DNA of 64,000 nt from the NCBI RefSeq assembly GCF_046328425.1, contig NZ_JAXLWP010000032.1, forward strand, positions 23,479 through 87,478, written 5' to 3'. The notes under the pieces are model-generated. The model saw only the letters and a program-made list of their open reading frames with translations, was not told the origin of the DNA and made no database searches. The stretch is from Kouleothrix sp. GTDB lineage: Bacteria; Chloroflexota; Chloroflexia; Chloroflexales; Roseiflexaceae. This document shows, piece after piece, positions 39,589 through 50,018 of the stretch (the first letter of the stretch is position 1; each line of letters begins with the position of its first letter). The translations under genes were made by a program, and so were the position numbers.

Positions 39589-41097
39589 CTAGGCGCCTTT
39601 ACGCGTATAGCGGTGCTTCACGCCAACCGGGAAGTACTCCGGGTCGCCGAGCGGCCGCAGCGTCACGCGCGGCAGCTGGTACTCGGGCGGCACGTAGTTG
39701 GCGAACTCGCTGTTGAGCCGCCGCAGCTGTGTCACGATCGACTCGGCGATCGCGCCGGCCTTGGCGTCGTCGGCGGCCACGCCAGGCGCCAGCTCCACCG
39801 CAATCGCCAGAAAGCGATTGCGATCGGCATCCTCGCGCGACTCAAGCACGAACTTGCCCGTCACCCAGCCGGTGATCGGCGGCTGCTCGAGCCCGACCGT
39901 CACGTTTTCGGGGTAGATGTTCGCGCCAAAGTACGAGATGGTGAAATGCGAGCGGCCGAACACATACACGAACGGCAGCGGCCGCACGCCGCGCGCGCCG
40001 GCGCCAAGCTCGGCCAGCGGGTCGAAGCCACGCCCGGCCAGCCAGGCCAGCAGATCGTTGTAGCCCAGTAGACCGCCGGTGTCGGCGATATGGTAGCGGA
40101 TCAGCGGGATGCCATTCTCGCCCGAGAACAGCAGCGTGCCGTCGCGCGCCTCGAAAAAGCGGCTCAGCGGGTCGTACTGCGCCAGCGTGGGCAGGCGCGC
40201 CTCGCCGAACAGCTCGGCCGCGTCGGCAGGGTGTGCCGCCAGCCAGCGGCGGATGCAGATGCTCAGCGGCGTCTCGTTCGCCAGCACGCCCGCGTCGGCG
40301 GTGCCATACAGCGAGGCCGAGTCGAAGCACGGCTCGGAGGCGCCGACGCGCTCGCCCACCAGCGTGCGCCACTCTTCGCTGAACACCTCGCCGGCCATCA
40401 CCCACTTCACGCGCAGCCGCGACCAGTCGAGCCCGCGCGCGCGCCCGGCGTCTACCACGTCCTTCAGAAACGGCGGGTAGCCGAGCAGCACCACCTGCTC
40501 GTAGGCCGGGCCGAGCTCGCCAACCACCCGCAGGATCTCGTCGCGGTTGTTGCCCGGCGTGATCACGCTGATCGGGTAGCCCTTGGCGGCCAGGTAGCGG
40601 CAGCACGCGGCGGTAAACATGCCGCCAACCCAGGTGCCCAGCGCGAAGCACACCACCGCCAGCGTGCGGCGCTCGTCGGCGCGAAAGCTGTCGTGGAACA
40701 CCTGCTCGAAGCGCCTGGCGATCTGCAGCTCGTCGGCCAGCGCGCGCGGCCAGAAGGTCGGCTGCCCGGTCGATCCCGACGACACCGCGATCATGGCGCA
40801 GGCCGCCAGCGCGCCATCGCGGCACAGCTCGGCCAGCGAAAAGCGCCGCAGGTAGTTGTCTTTCGTCACCAGCGGCAGGCGCGCGAAGTCGGCCGGCTCG
40901 CGCACCGTCGCCGGGTCGATGCCATGCTCGGCAAGAAACGCCCGGTAGGCCGGCACGCGCGCCACCGCCGCGTGGAACAGCGCGAGCGCGGCGTGCTCGG
41001 GGCGCTCGGCGCGCTGCCGATCCAGCACGGCGTCGAGCGGCGTCGCAAGAAACGCCTGCCATGCCGCGAGCGCCTCCTCGCCAGGTTGGCTCTGCAT
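39589..41097 (-). CDS. phenylacetate-CoA ligase (PaaK)/coenzyme F390 synthetase-like adenylate-forming enzyme
   Basis: PLVTKDNYLRRF ... IAVSSGSTGQPTFWP (P-loop-like SSGTTG motif) ... LLGYPPFL ... YGTADAG has the PaaK-family architecture. About 500 aa. Confidence 0.7.
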   Translation of the reverse strand: MQSQPGEEALAAWQAFLATPLDAVLDRQRAERPEHAALALFHAAVARVPAYRAFLAEHGIDPATVREPADFARLPLVTKDNYLRRFSLAELCRDGALAACAMIAVSSGSTGQPTFWPRALADELQIARRFEQVFHDSFRADERRTLAVVCFALGTWVGGMFTAACCRYLAAKGYPISVITPGNNRDEILRVVGELGPAYEQVVLLGYPPFLKDVVDAGRARGLDWSRLRVKWVMAGEVFSEEWRTLVGERVGASEPCFDSASLYGTADAGVLANETPLSICIRRWLAAHPADAAELFGEARLPTLAQYDPLSRFFEARDGTLLFSGENGIPLIRYHIADTGGLLGYNDLLAWLAGRGFDPLAELGAGARGVRPLPFVYVFGRSHFTISYFGANIYPENVTVGLEQPPITGWVTGKFVLESREDADRNRFLAIAVELAPGVAADDAKAGAIAESIVTQLRRLNSEFANYVPPEYQLPRVTLRPLGDPEYFPVGVKHRYTRKGA

Positions 41098-41119
41098 TGC
41101 TCTCACTTCCTCTTTTTTA

Positions 41120-41295
41120 GGGCTTACACAGTTGCGCTGTTCGGCTTCCCGAAGCCGTGCATGGTGCCTGCGGCAGCACGGTTCTTTTTGATCATCGTGT
41201 CCAATTTCCGCGCTGTGCGCGGAAATTGGACACCTCTACGGAATGAGGTACCGCTCTGCCGAAGGCAAAAACGCGCACTGCGTTTGTCGTGTCAA
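41120..41295. repeat. REP-like modules H, F, H
   Basis: ttagggcttacacagttgcgctgttcggcttcccgaagcc. Hairpin gtgtccaatttccgcgctgtgcgcggaaattggacac (module F, also at 47542). gtaccgctctgccgaaggc. Confidence 0.75.
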
Positions 41296-41317
41296 CAAAG
41301 CAGAGTATCCCCTGCAC

Positions 41318-42022
41318 CTAGGCAAACCGGTACAGCACCGTCGCTATGGTTGCCAGCGTATACGCGACCGCCCCATAGGTAATGTACGGGTACTCGCGCG
41401 CGTTCCAGCGCACCTTCGCAAACGCCACGAGCGAGATCAGCGCCAGCAGCGCCGCAAAAAACAGCCCAAGCAGCACCACATCAAACGCGGCGTACGCAAA
41501 CCAGGTAAACGCGTACACCAGGCTATTCACCAGCAGTATCGCCATATCTTTGGTATCGAAGCGCTCGGAGGCGCGCTGCGTGGCGAATACGAGCAGCACG
41601 CTATTCATCAGCACGCCGCCCACAAAGAAGATCAGGTTGCCGGCGTAGTAATCGTTTATAAAGAGCCCATTGCATAGGTCACCCGCCACAACACGCGTGT
41701 CGCAGTATGTATTGAGCGTAAAGCTCGCCACCTCGTGCCAGCCCTCGCCCGCGCCGTACAGGTACGCGCCGCCCAAAAACACCGCCGCCAGCGCAACATT
41801 CGCGCGCTGCTGAAGCGCCTGGAAATTGCCCGTGACCGACTGCAGCACAAAGAACGACAGTATCACCGTAATTGTCAGAAAGATCACCGTCTGGTTTAGC
41901 TCGTGCAGACGGATGAAGTTGTATGGCTGCAAGAGCATGCGCGTGGCCGGCAAGAGCCGCTCAATGATGATCACCAGCGCCGTGAGCGAGTAGAGCGTGA
42001 CGATCGTGTTGATACGTTTCAT
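41318..42022 (-). CDS. polytopic membrane protein of unknown function (locally lower GC)
   Basis: MKRINTIVTLYSLTALVIIIERLL ... 6-7 hydrophobic helices. Lys/Asn/Tyr/Phe-rich codon usage unlike its neighbours. Lies immediately downstream of the PAS histidine kinase on the same strand. Confidence 0.45.
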   Translation of the reverse strand: MKRINTIVTLYSLTALVIIIERLLPATRMLLQPYNFIRLHELNQTVIFLTITVILSFFVLQSVTGNFQALQQRANVALAAVFLGGAYLYGAGEGWHEVASFTLNTYCDTRVVAGDLCNGLFINDYYAGNLIFFVGGVLMNSVLLVFATQRASERFDTKDMAILLVNSLVYAFTWFAYAAFDVVLLGLFFAALLALISLVAFAKVRWNAREYPYITYGAVAYTLATIATVLYRFA

Positions 42023-42080
42023 GCTTGAACCTCATTTTCATCGCGCGGCCTCAAGCCATCGCCATACCCGCCGGCCGTGG

Positions 42081-43727
42081 CTACTCGGTACGCGTGGCAG
42101 CCGGGGCGGCTTCGGCGCGCACCGGAAGCCAGAAGCTAAACGTGCTGCCAGCGCCTGGCCGGCTGGCCACGCTCACATCGCCGCCATGCAGCGTCACGAT
42201 CTCTTTCACCACATACAAGCCCACGCCCACGCCGCTCGCCTGCCGCACCGCCGGGTCGTCGGCACGGAAGAAACGCTGAAACAGCTGCGGCAGCACCTCG
42301 GGCGCAATACCAACGCCCTCGTCGGCCACAGCCACCACGGCCCGGCCGGGCCGGCGCTCGACGCGCACGCGCACCTGGCCGCCGGGGCTATACTTGATCG
42401 CATTGCCAAGCAGATTATGCAGCACCTGCTCGAGCCGCAGCTCATCGCCGTCCACCACCAGCGCGCCGCGCGGGCAGCTTAGCTCGATCGTATGGCTACC
42501 GAGGCCAGCGCGCACCGACTGGCACACCCGCCGCGCCAGCGCCACCAGATTCACCGGGTGGCGCTCGATCTGCAGCTGGCCGCGTTCGAGCCGCGAGCTA
42601 TCCAGCAAGTCGCCGATCATCTGGTTCAGGCGGCGGGCCTGGCTGGCGATCAGCGCCAGCGTGGCGTCGTCGCGCTCGGCAAGCGTACCGGCGCGGCGCA
42701 TCCGGCGCTGCAGCGCCTCGGCGCTGCCCAGCAGCGTCGTGAGCGGGTTGCGCAGCTCGTGCGCGGCGATCGACAGAAACGCGTCGCGCACTCGCACCGC
42801 CTCCTGGGCCTCGGTGCGGGCGGCCTGCTCGCGCGCGAGCAGCTGCACACGCTCGGCCTCGGCAGCTTTGCGCGCGCTGATATCGGTAAACGCGATGATA
42901 ATACCATCGCCGTAGCGGTACACAAGGTTGCGGAACCAACCGCTAATGCCTTCGGCCTCGAAATAGCTTTCGAAATCCTGCGGCTCGCCAGTTTGGGCGA
43001 CGCTCAGGTAGCGCTGGAAAAAGCTGGTTTCGAGCGCGCCCGGGAATATTTCGCGCATGCGCTTGCCCGCCAGATCTGCGTTGGAGATCCCCGCGAGCCG
43101 CTCGGCAGTGGGGTTGATGTATTCATACTCGAAATCGACCACCTGGCCCTGCGCGTCGTAGATCGCGCGCAGAATATTCAGGCCGTCGAGCGACAGATCC
43201 TGCACGGCACGGAAGCGCTCTTCGCTACGGCGCAGCGCCGCCTCGATCTGGCTGCGCTCGCTGATGTTTACCGTCGTGCCCACCAGCCAGCGCTCGGCGC
43301 CGGCCGCGTCGCGCAGCACCCGCGCGCGATCCCACACCGTCACATAGTGGCCATCGCGGTGGCGCGCGCGGTACTCGATCGAGTGGCCGTCGGTTGCCAG
43401 CCTGCTTTCCCGCGCCTGCCTGGTGGCGCGGACATAGTCGTCGGGGTGAATTTGCGCCTGCCACCAGGCCATGGTTGGCTGAACATCGCCAGGGTGAAAG
43501 CCCAGCACTTTCGCCAGCCCAGCGCTCCGCTCGACGCGCTGGTCGCTCAGGTCGGCGTGGTAGATAAAGCCATCGAGCGCCTCCAGCGCCAGGCTCAGCC
43601 GATCGTTCGCGCTCTGTAGCGCCTGTTCGGTAGCAGGGGGCGCAGGCCGCGCTGCTACCTGGCGGCGGGGTAGGCGCCGCACCCGCCGGCACGTATGTGC
43701 CAGCAGGGTGCTAGGAATGTTCGGCAT
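42081..43727 (-). CDS. PAS-domain sensor histidine kinase (HisKA + HATPase_c)
   Basis: Two PAS-like blocks, H-box AAHELRNPLTTL, and N/G boxes (LGNAIKYSP ... GVGLYVVKEIVTLHGG). The start is taken at MPNIPSTL, because the ORF-track N-terminal 32 aa has no RBS support. Confidence 0.8.
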   Translation of the reverse strand: MPNIPSTLLAHTCRRVRRLPRRQVAARPAPPATEQALQSANDRLSLALEALDGFIYHADLSDQRVERSAGLAKVLGFHPGDVQPTMAWWQAQIHPDDYVRATRQARESRLATDGHSIEYRARHRDGHYVTVWDRARVLRDAAGAERWLVGTTVNISERSQIEAALRRSEERFRAVQDLSLDGLNILRAIYDAQGQVVDFEYEYINPTAERLAGISNADLAGKRMREIFPGALETSFFQRYLSVAQTGEPQDFESYFEAEGISGWFRNLVYRYGDGIIIAFTDISARKAAEAERVQLLAREQAARTEAQEAVRVRDAFLSIAAHELRNPLTTLLGSAEALQRRMRRAGTLAERDDATLALIASQARRLNQMIGDLLDSSRLERGQLQIERHPVNLVALARRVCQSVRAGLGSHTIELSCPRGALVVDGDELRLEQVLHNLLGNAIKYSPGGQVRVRVERRPGRAVVAVADEGVGIAPEVLPQLFQRFFRADDPAVRQASGVGVGLYVVKEIVTLHGGDVSVASRPGAGSTFSFWLPVRAEAAPAATRTE

Positions 43728-43810
43728 AGACTCCTCCTGGTTGCTGCGAGTATAGCATAAAAAGAATCGGCGACTGTAACTGGCCGCGTGTATGATCGCT
43801 GCGAGCCGCG

Positions 43811-43839
43811 TTGACGCCTCCAACCGAACGTGCTACTAT
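43811..43839 (+). promoter_or_regulatory. sigma70-like promoter TTGACG-17-TACTAT for sucC
   Basis: ttgacg cctccaaccgaacgtgc tactat. AAGGAG RBS at 43868. Confidence 0.5.
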
Positions 43840-43878
43840 GCTCGCCGGCACCTGCTCGCCGCATCAGAAGGAGTTCGC

Positions 43879-45018
43879 ATGAAACTGCACGAATATCAGG
43901 CGCGCGATATTCTGGCGCGCTACGGCATACCCGTCACCGGCGGCGGCGTAGCCACCACCGCTGCCGAAGCGCGCGCGATCGCCGAGCAAATCGGCGGCCG
44001 CGTGGTGGTGAAGGCCCAGGTGTTCGTCGGCGGGCGCGGCAAGGCTGGCGGCGTAAAGCTGGCCGACACGCCCGAGCAGGCCGAGCAGGTGGCCGGGCAG
44101 ATCCTGGGCATGAACATCAAGGGTCTTACCGTCGAGAAGGTGCTGGTGGCCGAGGCGATCACCTACGAGCGCGAGATCTACCTCGGCGTCGTGATGGATC
44201 GCGCCGCCAAGCGCATTGTGCTAATGGCCTCGGCCGAAGGCGGCGTCGAGATCGAAGAGGTTGCCAAAACCAACCCCGACGCGATCGTCAAGGTGGCCGC
44301 GCACCCGACGCTGGGCCTGCAGCCGTTCCAGGCGCGCCAGCTGGCCTTTGGCATCGGCCTCACCGATGGCAAGCAGGCGCGCCAGTTCGCGTCGATCGCC
44401 ACCGCGCTCTACAAGGCGTATATGGATACCGACGCCAACCTCGCCGAGATCAACCCGCTGGTGGTGCTGCCCGGCGGCGCGCTGCAGGCGCTCGACTCGA
44501 AGATCGTGCTCGACGACTCGGCGCTGTTCCGCCACGCCGACCTCGAGGCCATGCGCGATGCTTCCGACGAGCCCGAGGCCGAGCGCAAGGCCCGCGAGGC
44601 CGGCCTCACATTTATCAAGCTCGACGGCAGCATTGGCTGCATGGTCAACGGCGCCGGCCTGGCCATGGCCACCATGGACGTGGTGAAGCTGTACGGCGGC
44701 GAGCCCGCGAACTTCCTCGATATCGGCGGCGGCGCCGGCAAAGACAAGGTCAAGGCCGCGCTGCAGATCATCCTGGCCGACCCGAACGTCAAGGCGGTGA
44801 TGTTCAATATCTTCGGCGGCATCACCCGCGTCGACGAGGTGGCGCGCGGCATTATCGCCGCGCTCGACGAGGTGAAGACCGACGTGCCCATGATCGCCCG
44901 CCTGGTCGGCACCAACGAGGCCGAGGGCCGCCGGCTGCTGGCCGAGTCGGTGCTGCAGCCCGCCGAAAGCCTGGCCGACGCCGCGCAGAAGGCCGTGGCC
45001 GCCGCCCAGGCCCGCTAA
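43879..45018 (+). CDS. sucC: succinate--CoA ligase (ADP-forming) beta subunit
   Basis: [19 protein letters not shown] ... [19 protein letters not shown] ... [18 protein letters not shown] ... [10 protein letters not shown] is a full-length ATP-grasp + CoA-ligase beta subunit. Confidence 0.9.
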   Translation: MKLHEYQARDILARYGIPVTGGGVATTAAEARAIAEQIGGRVVVKAQVFVGGRGKAGGVKLADTPEQAEQVAGQILGMNIKGLTVEKVLVAEAITYEREIYLGVVMDRAAKRIVLMASAEGGVEIEEVAKTNPDAIVKVAAHPTLGLQPFQARQLAFGIGLTDGKQARQFASIATALYKAYMDTDANLAEINPLVVLPGGALQALDSKIVLDDSALFRHADLEAMRDASDEPEAERKAREAGLTFIKLDGSIGCMVNGAGLAMATMDVVKLYGGEPANFLDIGGGAGKDKVKAALQIILADPNVKAVMFNIFGGITRVDEVARGIIAALDEVKTDVPMIARLVGTNEAEGRRLLAESVLQPAESLADAAQKAVAAAQAR

Positions 45019-45036
45019 CCTGCCCCGCGAAAAACC

Positions 45037-45068
45037 AAGGGCGAAGGGTGCGCACCCTTCGCCCTTTT
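45037..45068 (+). terminator. rho-independent terminator after sucC
   Basis: aagggcgaagggtgcgcacccttcgccctttt. Confidence 0.65.
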
Positions 45069-45084
45069 GATACCAGCTCCGCTT

Positions 45085-45200
45085 GCCCGCTTTGTTTTTG
45101 TGATGCCCTGTCCGGCTTTGCCAGGCAGGGCATCACAAAAACAAAGTTCGGGGGCGGCAATGCCTCCCCCGAACCCGCACCATCAAGCAAGCGATCAAAC
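45085..45200. repeat. REP-like module D
   Basis: gtgatgccctgtccggctttgccaggcagggcatcac. aagttcgggggcggcaatgcctcccccgaaccc. Confidence 0.75.
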
Positions 45201-45662
45201 AGAGTTGATATGACTATCGGGGATGGTGCCGATATACCGGCGTACGTTTGTGAGCTGGTGTGCGTCGCGGATGAACTGCTCGTAAAAGCCATGCTGCCAT
45301 ACCTCGGCCGGGCGCTCGGGCGCCACGTCGCGCAGCCACGCGGCCCACTGCACAGCCGCAAACGCCTTGAACGAGCCAACCACTGTGCCGATCGACGGCT
45401 TGAACGCCATTGGCGTGCTCGGCTCGTTCAGCCATATAACCGCGCGGAAGTGGCTCGGCATCACCGCCCACGCGTCTAGCCGCACTGCCGGAAACCGGTC
45501 GGGTAGCGCACGCCACGCGCGCTCGACGATCATGCGCAGCTGCACGTCTTCGAAGAGCGGCAGGTGCTGGTGCGTGTCGATCGCCACATAGTACGCCTCG
45601 GCACAGATGTACTCGTACCCTGGCTGGCGCGGGCGGTTGGACGTGGATGGTATGTGGGTCAT
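45195..45662 (-). mobile_element. IS200/Y1-transposase-fold protein, REP-associated tyrosine transposase (RAYT)-like, with degenerate HUH motif (H-F-R)
   Basis: YYVAIDTHQHLPLF (vs Y.VT.RT..R.P.F), AWAVMPSHFRAVIWL (vs AW.LMPNHVHLL.), VWQHGFYEQFIRD and NVRRYIGTIP (vs catalytic-Tyr region Y.xxNP). 155 aa. Embedded in REP-rich spacers. Confidence 0.65.
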
Positions 45663-45719
45663 GGGCGTCTCTTGGCTATAGAAGTGTTCCGCCCCTACCA
45701 TACCACCCCGGCATAACCA

Positions 45720-45744
45720 AAATAGTACGAGTGTAGTACTATTT
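45720..45744. promoter_or_regulatory. perfect 9-nt inverted repeat AAATAGTAC-n7-GTACTATTT between XRE regulator and RAYT-like gene
   Basis: Read directly: aaatagtac gagtgta gtactattt. Candidate operator for the adjacent HTH protein. Confidence 0.45.
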
Positions 45745-45760
45745 AGCGAGTAAGCCAGAG

Positions 45761-46231
<471 letters not shown>

Positions 46232-46234
46232 CTA

Positions 46235-46345
46235 GGAGTTATACCAACTCCGTTTGATTACTTGTGTTTTCTTGTGCGGCGCCCGGCTTTGCCGGGCGCC
46301 AGAAAACGAAATTTCGAGGGCGGCAAAGCCGGCCCCGAACCCCAC
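46235..46345. repeat. REP-like modules E and D
   Basis: ccaactccgtttgattacttgtg (module E, also two copies at 62565-62615). gtgcggcgcccggctttgccgggcgccag ... tttcgagggcggcaaagccggccccgaacccc. Confidence 0.7.
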
Positions 46346-46444
46346 CATAATCCAAGCGATCAGCCGGATGCTGAAAACGCCTCGCGCGGGCGGCATCTCG
46401 CTAAGCCACTTAGCAGACACAGCCACGGTTTTCGGCTATAGTAG

Positions 46445-47479
<1,035 letters not shown>

Positions 47480-47484
47480 CCATC

Positions 47485-47665
47485 ATACTTAGGGCTTACG
47501 CAGTTGGCGTGTTCAGCCTTCGGCAGAGTGGTACTTTCCTTGTGGACGTGTCCAATTTCCGCGCTGCGCGCGGAAATTGGACACATGATATCAAAAAGCA
47601 CCGTGCTGCCGCAGGCACTGATGCACGGCTTCAGGAAGCCGAACAGCGCAGCTACGTAGGTTCTG
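47485..47665. repeat. REP-like modules H, F, I
   Basis: ttagggcttacgcagttggcgtgttcagccttcggcagagtggtac. gtgtccaatttccgcgctgcgcgcggaaattggacac. gtgctgccgcaggcactgatgcac ... (module I, also at 3945 and 62775rc). Confidence 0.75.
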
Positions 47666-47801
47666 ATGCTTTTCAAATACGGTGATCGTAGGACGTTTGC
47701 CGCAAAGGTACAAAGTCTCGAAGGCACGCTGCAACAGCATATTCTTTGCGTCTTTGTGGCTATGTGAAGCGTAGTGGCTCCAGCCAGCCTTGCCAGGCGC
47801 G

Positions 47802-48410
47802 CTACACGTCGTAGATCCGATCGAGGCGATCCTGCTCGCGCACGCACACCGTCTCGACAAAGCGGTGGATGTCGCGCACCGACTGGATCGAGTTGAAGCC
47901 GAGGCGCAGGAAGCGGTGGATATCGGCCATGCCGACGGTTTGGGCCAGGCCGTGGGTGCGGTTGAGCACCGCGCCGATGAGCGGGCGCTTGGCCATGCGG
48001 TACACATTGTACAGCGCGTGGCGCGCCAGCTCGATCTGGTGCACGCGATCGCTATAGTTGTCGGCCTCGCGGTATGCGCGCTCGTACAGCGGCTCGTCGA
48101 AGTCGAGCGGCGCGCCCAGCTGGTTCAGCCGCTGCACAACCAGATCGTCGAGCATATTCGTCAGGTCGAGCAGCTCGAGCACATTCTGCACATCGCCGAT
48201 GTTCAGCCCCGGCGCGAGGTGCACGAACTGGTGCAGCCGGTGGGCCTGCTCGTCGCGCGCCTTGAAATCACGCGGCCCGTACATTTCGTCGAAAAAGAAC
48301 TCGGCGATCTCGTGGTACTGCGGTTCGGCCGCCAAGTCGGCGTGGTCGCGGCGCAGGCGCTGCGACTGAAAGGATTGAAGAACTGCCTTCATTTCTTGCG
48401 GCGTTGCCAT
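47802..48410 (-). CDS. conserved hypothetical protein (all-helical, no motif recognised)
   Basis: Uninterrupted 202-aa ORF with a plausible start context and coding-like periodicity. MATPQEMKAVLQSF ... No family assigned. Confidence 0.45.
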   Translation of the reverse strand: MATPQEMKAVLQSFQSQRLRRDHADLAAEPQYHEIAEFFFDEMYGPRDFKARDEQAHRLHQFVHLAPGLNIGDVQNVLELLDLTNMLDDLVVQRLNQLGAPLDFDEPLYERAYREADNYSDRVHQIELARHALYNVYRMAKRPLIGAVLNRTHGLAQTVGMADIHRFLRLGFNSIQSVRDIHRFVETVCVREQDRLDRIYDV

Positions 48411-48609
48411 ATTCTTCTATAACTAGCGGTCGGCCACATGGCTTGGCGGGGCAGCTGCAGAGGGGGCTGCGCCCTCCGGCACGCCTCCGCGCCAAAACCA
48501 CCGTGACGAACCGCTAGCCGCTACGACTCAGCTGTGCCTACCAGAGAATACTGGCCTGATACGGCCCGTGGAGTGTACAAGCCACAACCCAATACCCAGA
48601 ACTCAACAC

Positions 48610-49920
48610 TCAGCCAGCCAGCGCCTGCTCGAAGATCCGCACGGCCTGGCGTACCTGCTCGTCGCTCACCACCAGCGGCGGGATGAAGCGCACCACGTTG
48701 TCGTACGAGCCGCAGTTGAGCAGCAGCAGCCCGTGCTCGCGGCAGCCGGCCAGCACGCGCTTGCACAGCGCCGCGTCGGGGCCGCCGTCGGGGCGAACAA
48801 GCTCGACGCCGATCATCAGCCCGAGCCCGCGCACATCGCCAATCGCGCGGTTGCGCACCTGTAGCGCGGCGAGCTCCTGCTTCAGCACGGCCCCGAGGCG
48901 CGCCGCGTTCTCGACCAGCCGATCCTCGGCGATCGCGGCGATCGTGGCAACCGCCGCCGCGCACGCCACCGCATTGCCGCCGTAGGTGCCGCCGTGCGAG
49001 CCAGGGTGCCACCGGTCCATCAGCTCGCGCCGCGACGCGATGCCCGAGAGCGGCAGCCCCGACGCCAGGCCCTTGGCCATGATCAGAATATCCGGCGTCA
49101 CGCCGAACTGCTCGACCGCGAAAAACGACCCGGTGCGGCCAAAGCCGGTTTGCACCTCGTCGGCGATCAGCAGGATGCCATGCTCGTCGCAGATCTGGCG
49201 CAGCCCTTGAAGAAACGACGCCGGTGGCACGACATAGCCGCCCTCACCCAGCACCGGCTCGACCAGTATTGCCGCGATATCTTCGGGCACCGTCTCCGTC
49301 TGAAGAATATGCCGCACCTGGCGCAGCGGTTCGCCGCAGCACTCGGCGGTAGCCGGCGCCGCCGCCGAGATCGCGCCAGTGTTTTTGCCGGCAGCGCGCG
49401 CCACTGCGCACTGGAAGCAGTAGGCGTACGGCGCGATATGCACGCCCGAAGGTAGTGGCGCGTAGCCGCCGCGATACTTGCCTTTGCTCGACGTCAGCGC
49501 CATGGCCCCGGCCGTGCGGCCATGGAACCCCCCGCCGAACACGATCACGTCGGTGCGTCCGGTGGCCTGGCGCGCGAGCTTCACCGCGGCCTCGACCGCC
49601 TCGGCGCCGCTGTTGCTGAAGAAAAAGGTGTCGAGCGTGGGCGGCACCAGCTCGCGTAGCGCGCCCACCAGCTCGAGCATCGGGCGGTGGTAGACGATGT
49701 TGGCCTGGCCGTGCAGCAGCAGCCCGGCCTGCTCGCGAATGGCCGCCACCACGCGCGGGTGGCAGTGGCCGGTATTCGTGACGCCAATGCCGCAGGTGAA
49801 ATCAAGATAGCTGCGGCCGTCGGCGGCGTACAGGCACGCGCCCTCGCCGCGCTCGACCATAATATCGGTGTAGCGCGCCCACACCGGCGCGAGATGCTGC
49901 TGGTTTTCGAGAAGCGACAT
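48610..49920 (-). CDS. class III PLP-dependent aminotransferase (GabT/ArgD-like)
   Basis: LYAADGRSYLDFTCGIGVTNTGHCHPRVV ... LIADEVQTGFGRTGSFFA ... RGLGLMIGVEL ... YDNVVRFIPPLVVS is the canonical AT-III layout. Confidence 0.85.
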   Translation of the reverse strand: MSLLENQQHLAPVWARYTDIMVERGEGACLYAADGRSYLDFTCGIGVTNTGHCHPRVVAAIREQAGLLLHGQANIVYHRPMLELVGALRELVPPTLDTFFFSNSGAEAVEAAVKLARQATGRTDVIVFGGGFHGRTAGAMALTSSKGKYRGGYAPLPSGVHIAPYAYCFQCAVARAAGKNTGAISAAAPATAECCGEPLRQVRHILQTETVPEDIAAILVEPVLGEGGYVVPPASFLQGLRQICDEHGILLIADEVQTGFGRTGSFFAVEQFGVTPDILIMAKGLASGLPLSGIASRRELMDRWHPGSHGGTYGGNAVACAAAVATIAAIAEDRLVENAARLGAVLKQELAALQVRNRAIGDVRGLGLMIGVELVRPDGGPDAALCKRVLAGCREHGLLLLNCGSYDNVVRFIPPLVVSDEQVRQAVRIFEQALAG

Positions 49921-50018
49921 GGCCTGCTCCTTTGCATCCTTGCCGAATTGGAACTACGTAGCGTTGCCGATTTTGGTTCTCGCGCCGGCACAGATCGATA
50001 GCCCAATGCGCCGGATAG

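Noticed and set aside
45019-45194. Search for sucD immediately downstream of sucC
   Set aside because: The downstream space holds only a terminator, REP modules and the opposite-strand RAYT-like gene. No CoA-ligase alpha-subunit motifs (for example the GxxGxxG CoA-binding motif with the phosphohistidine loop) occur in any frame.
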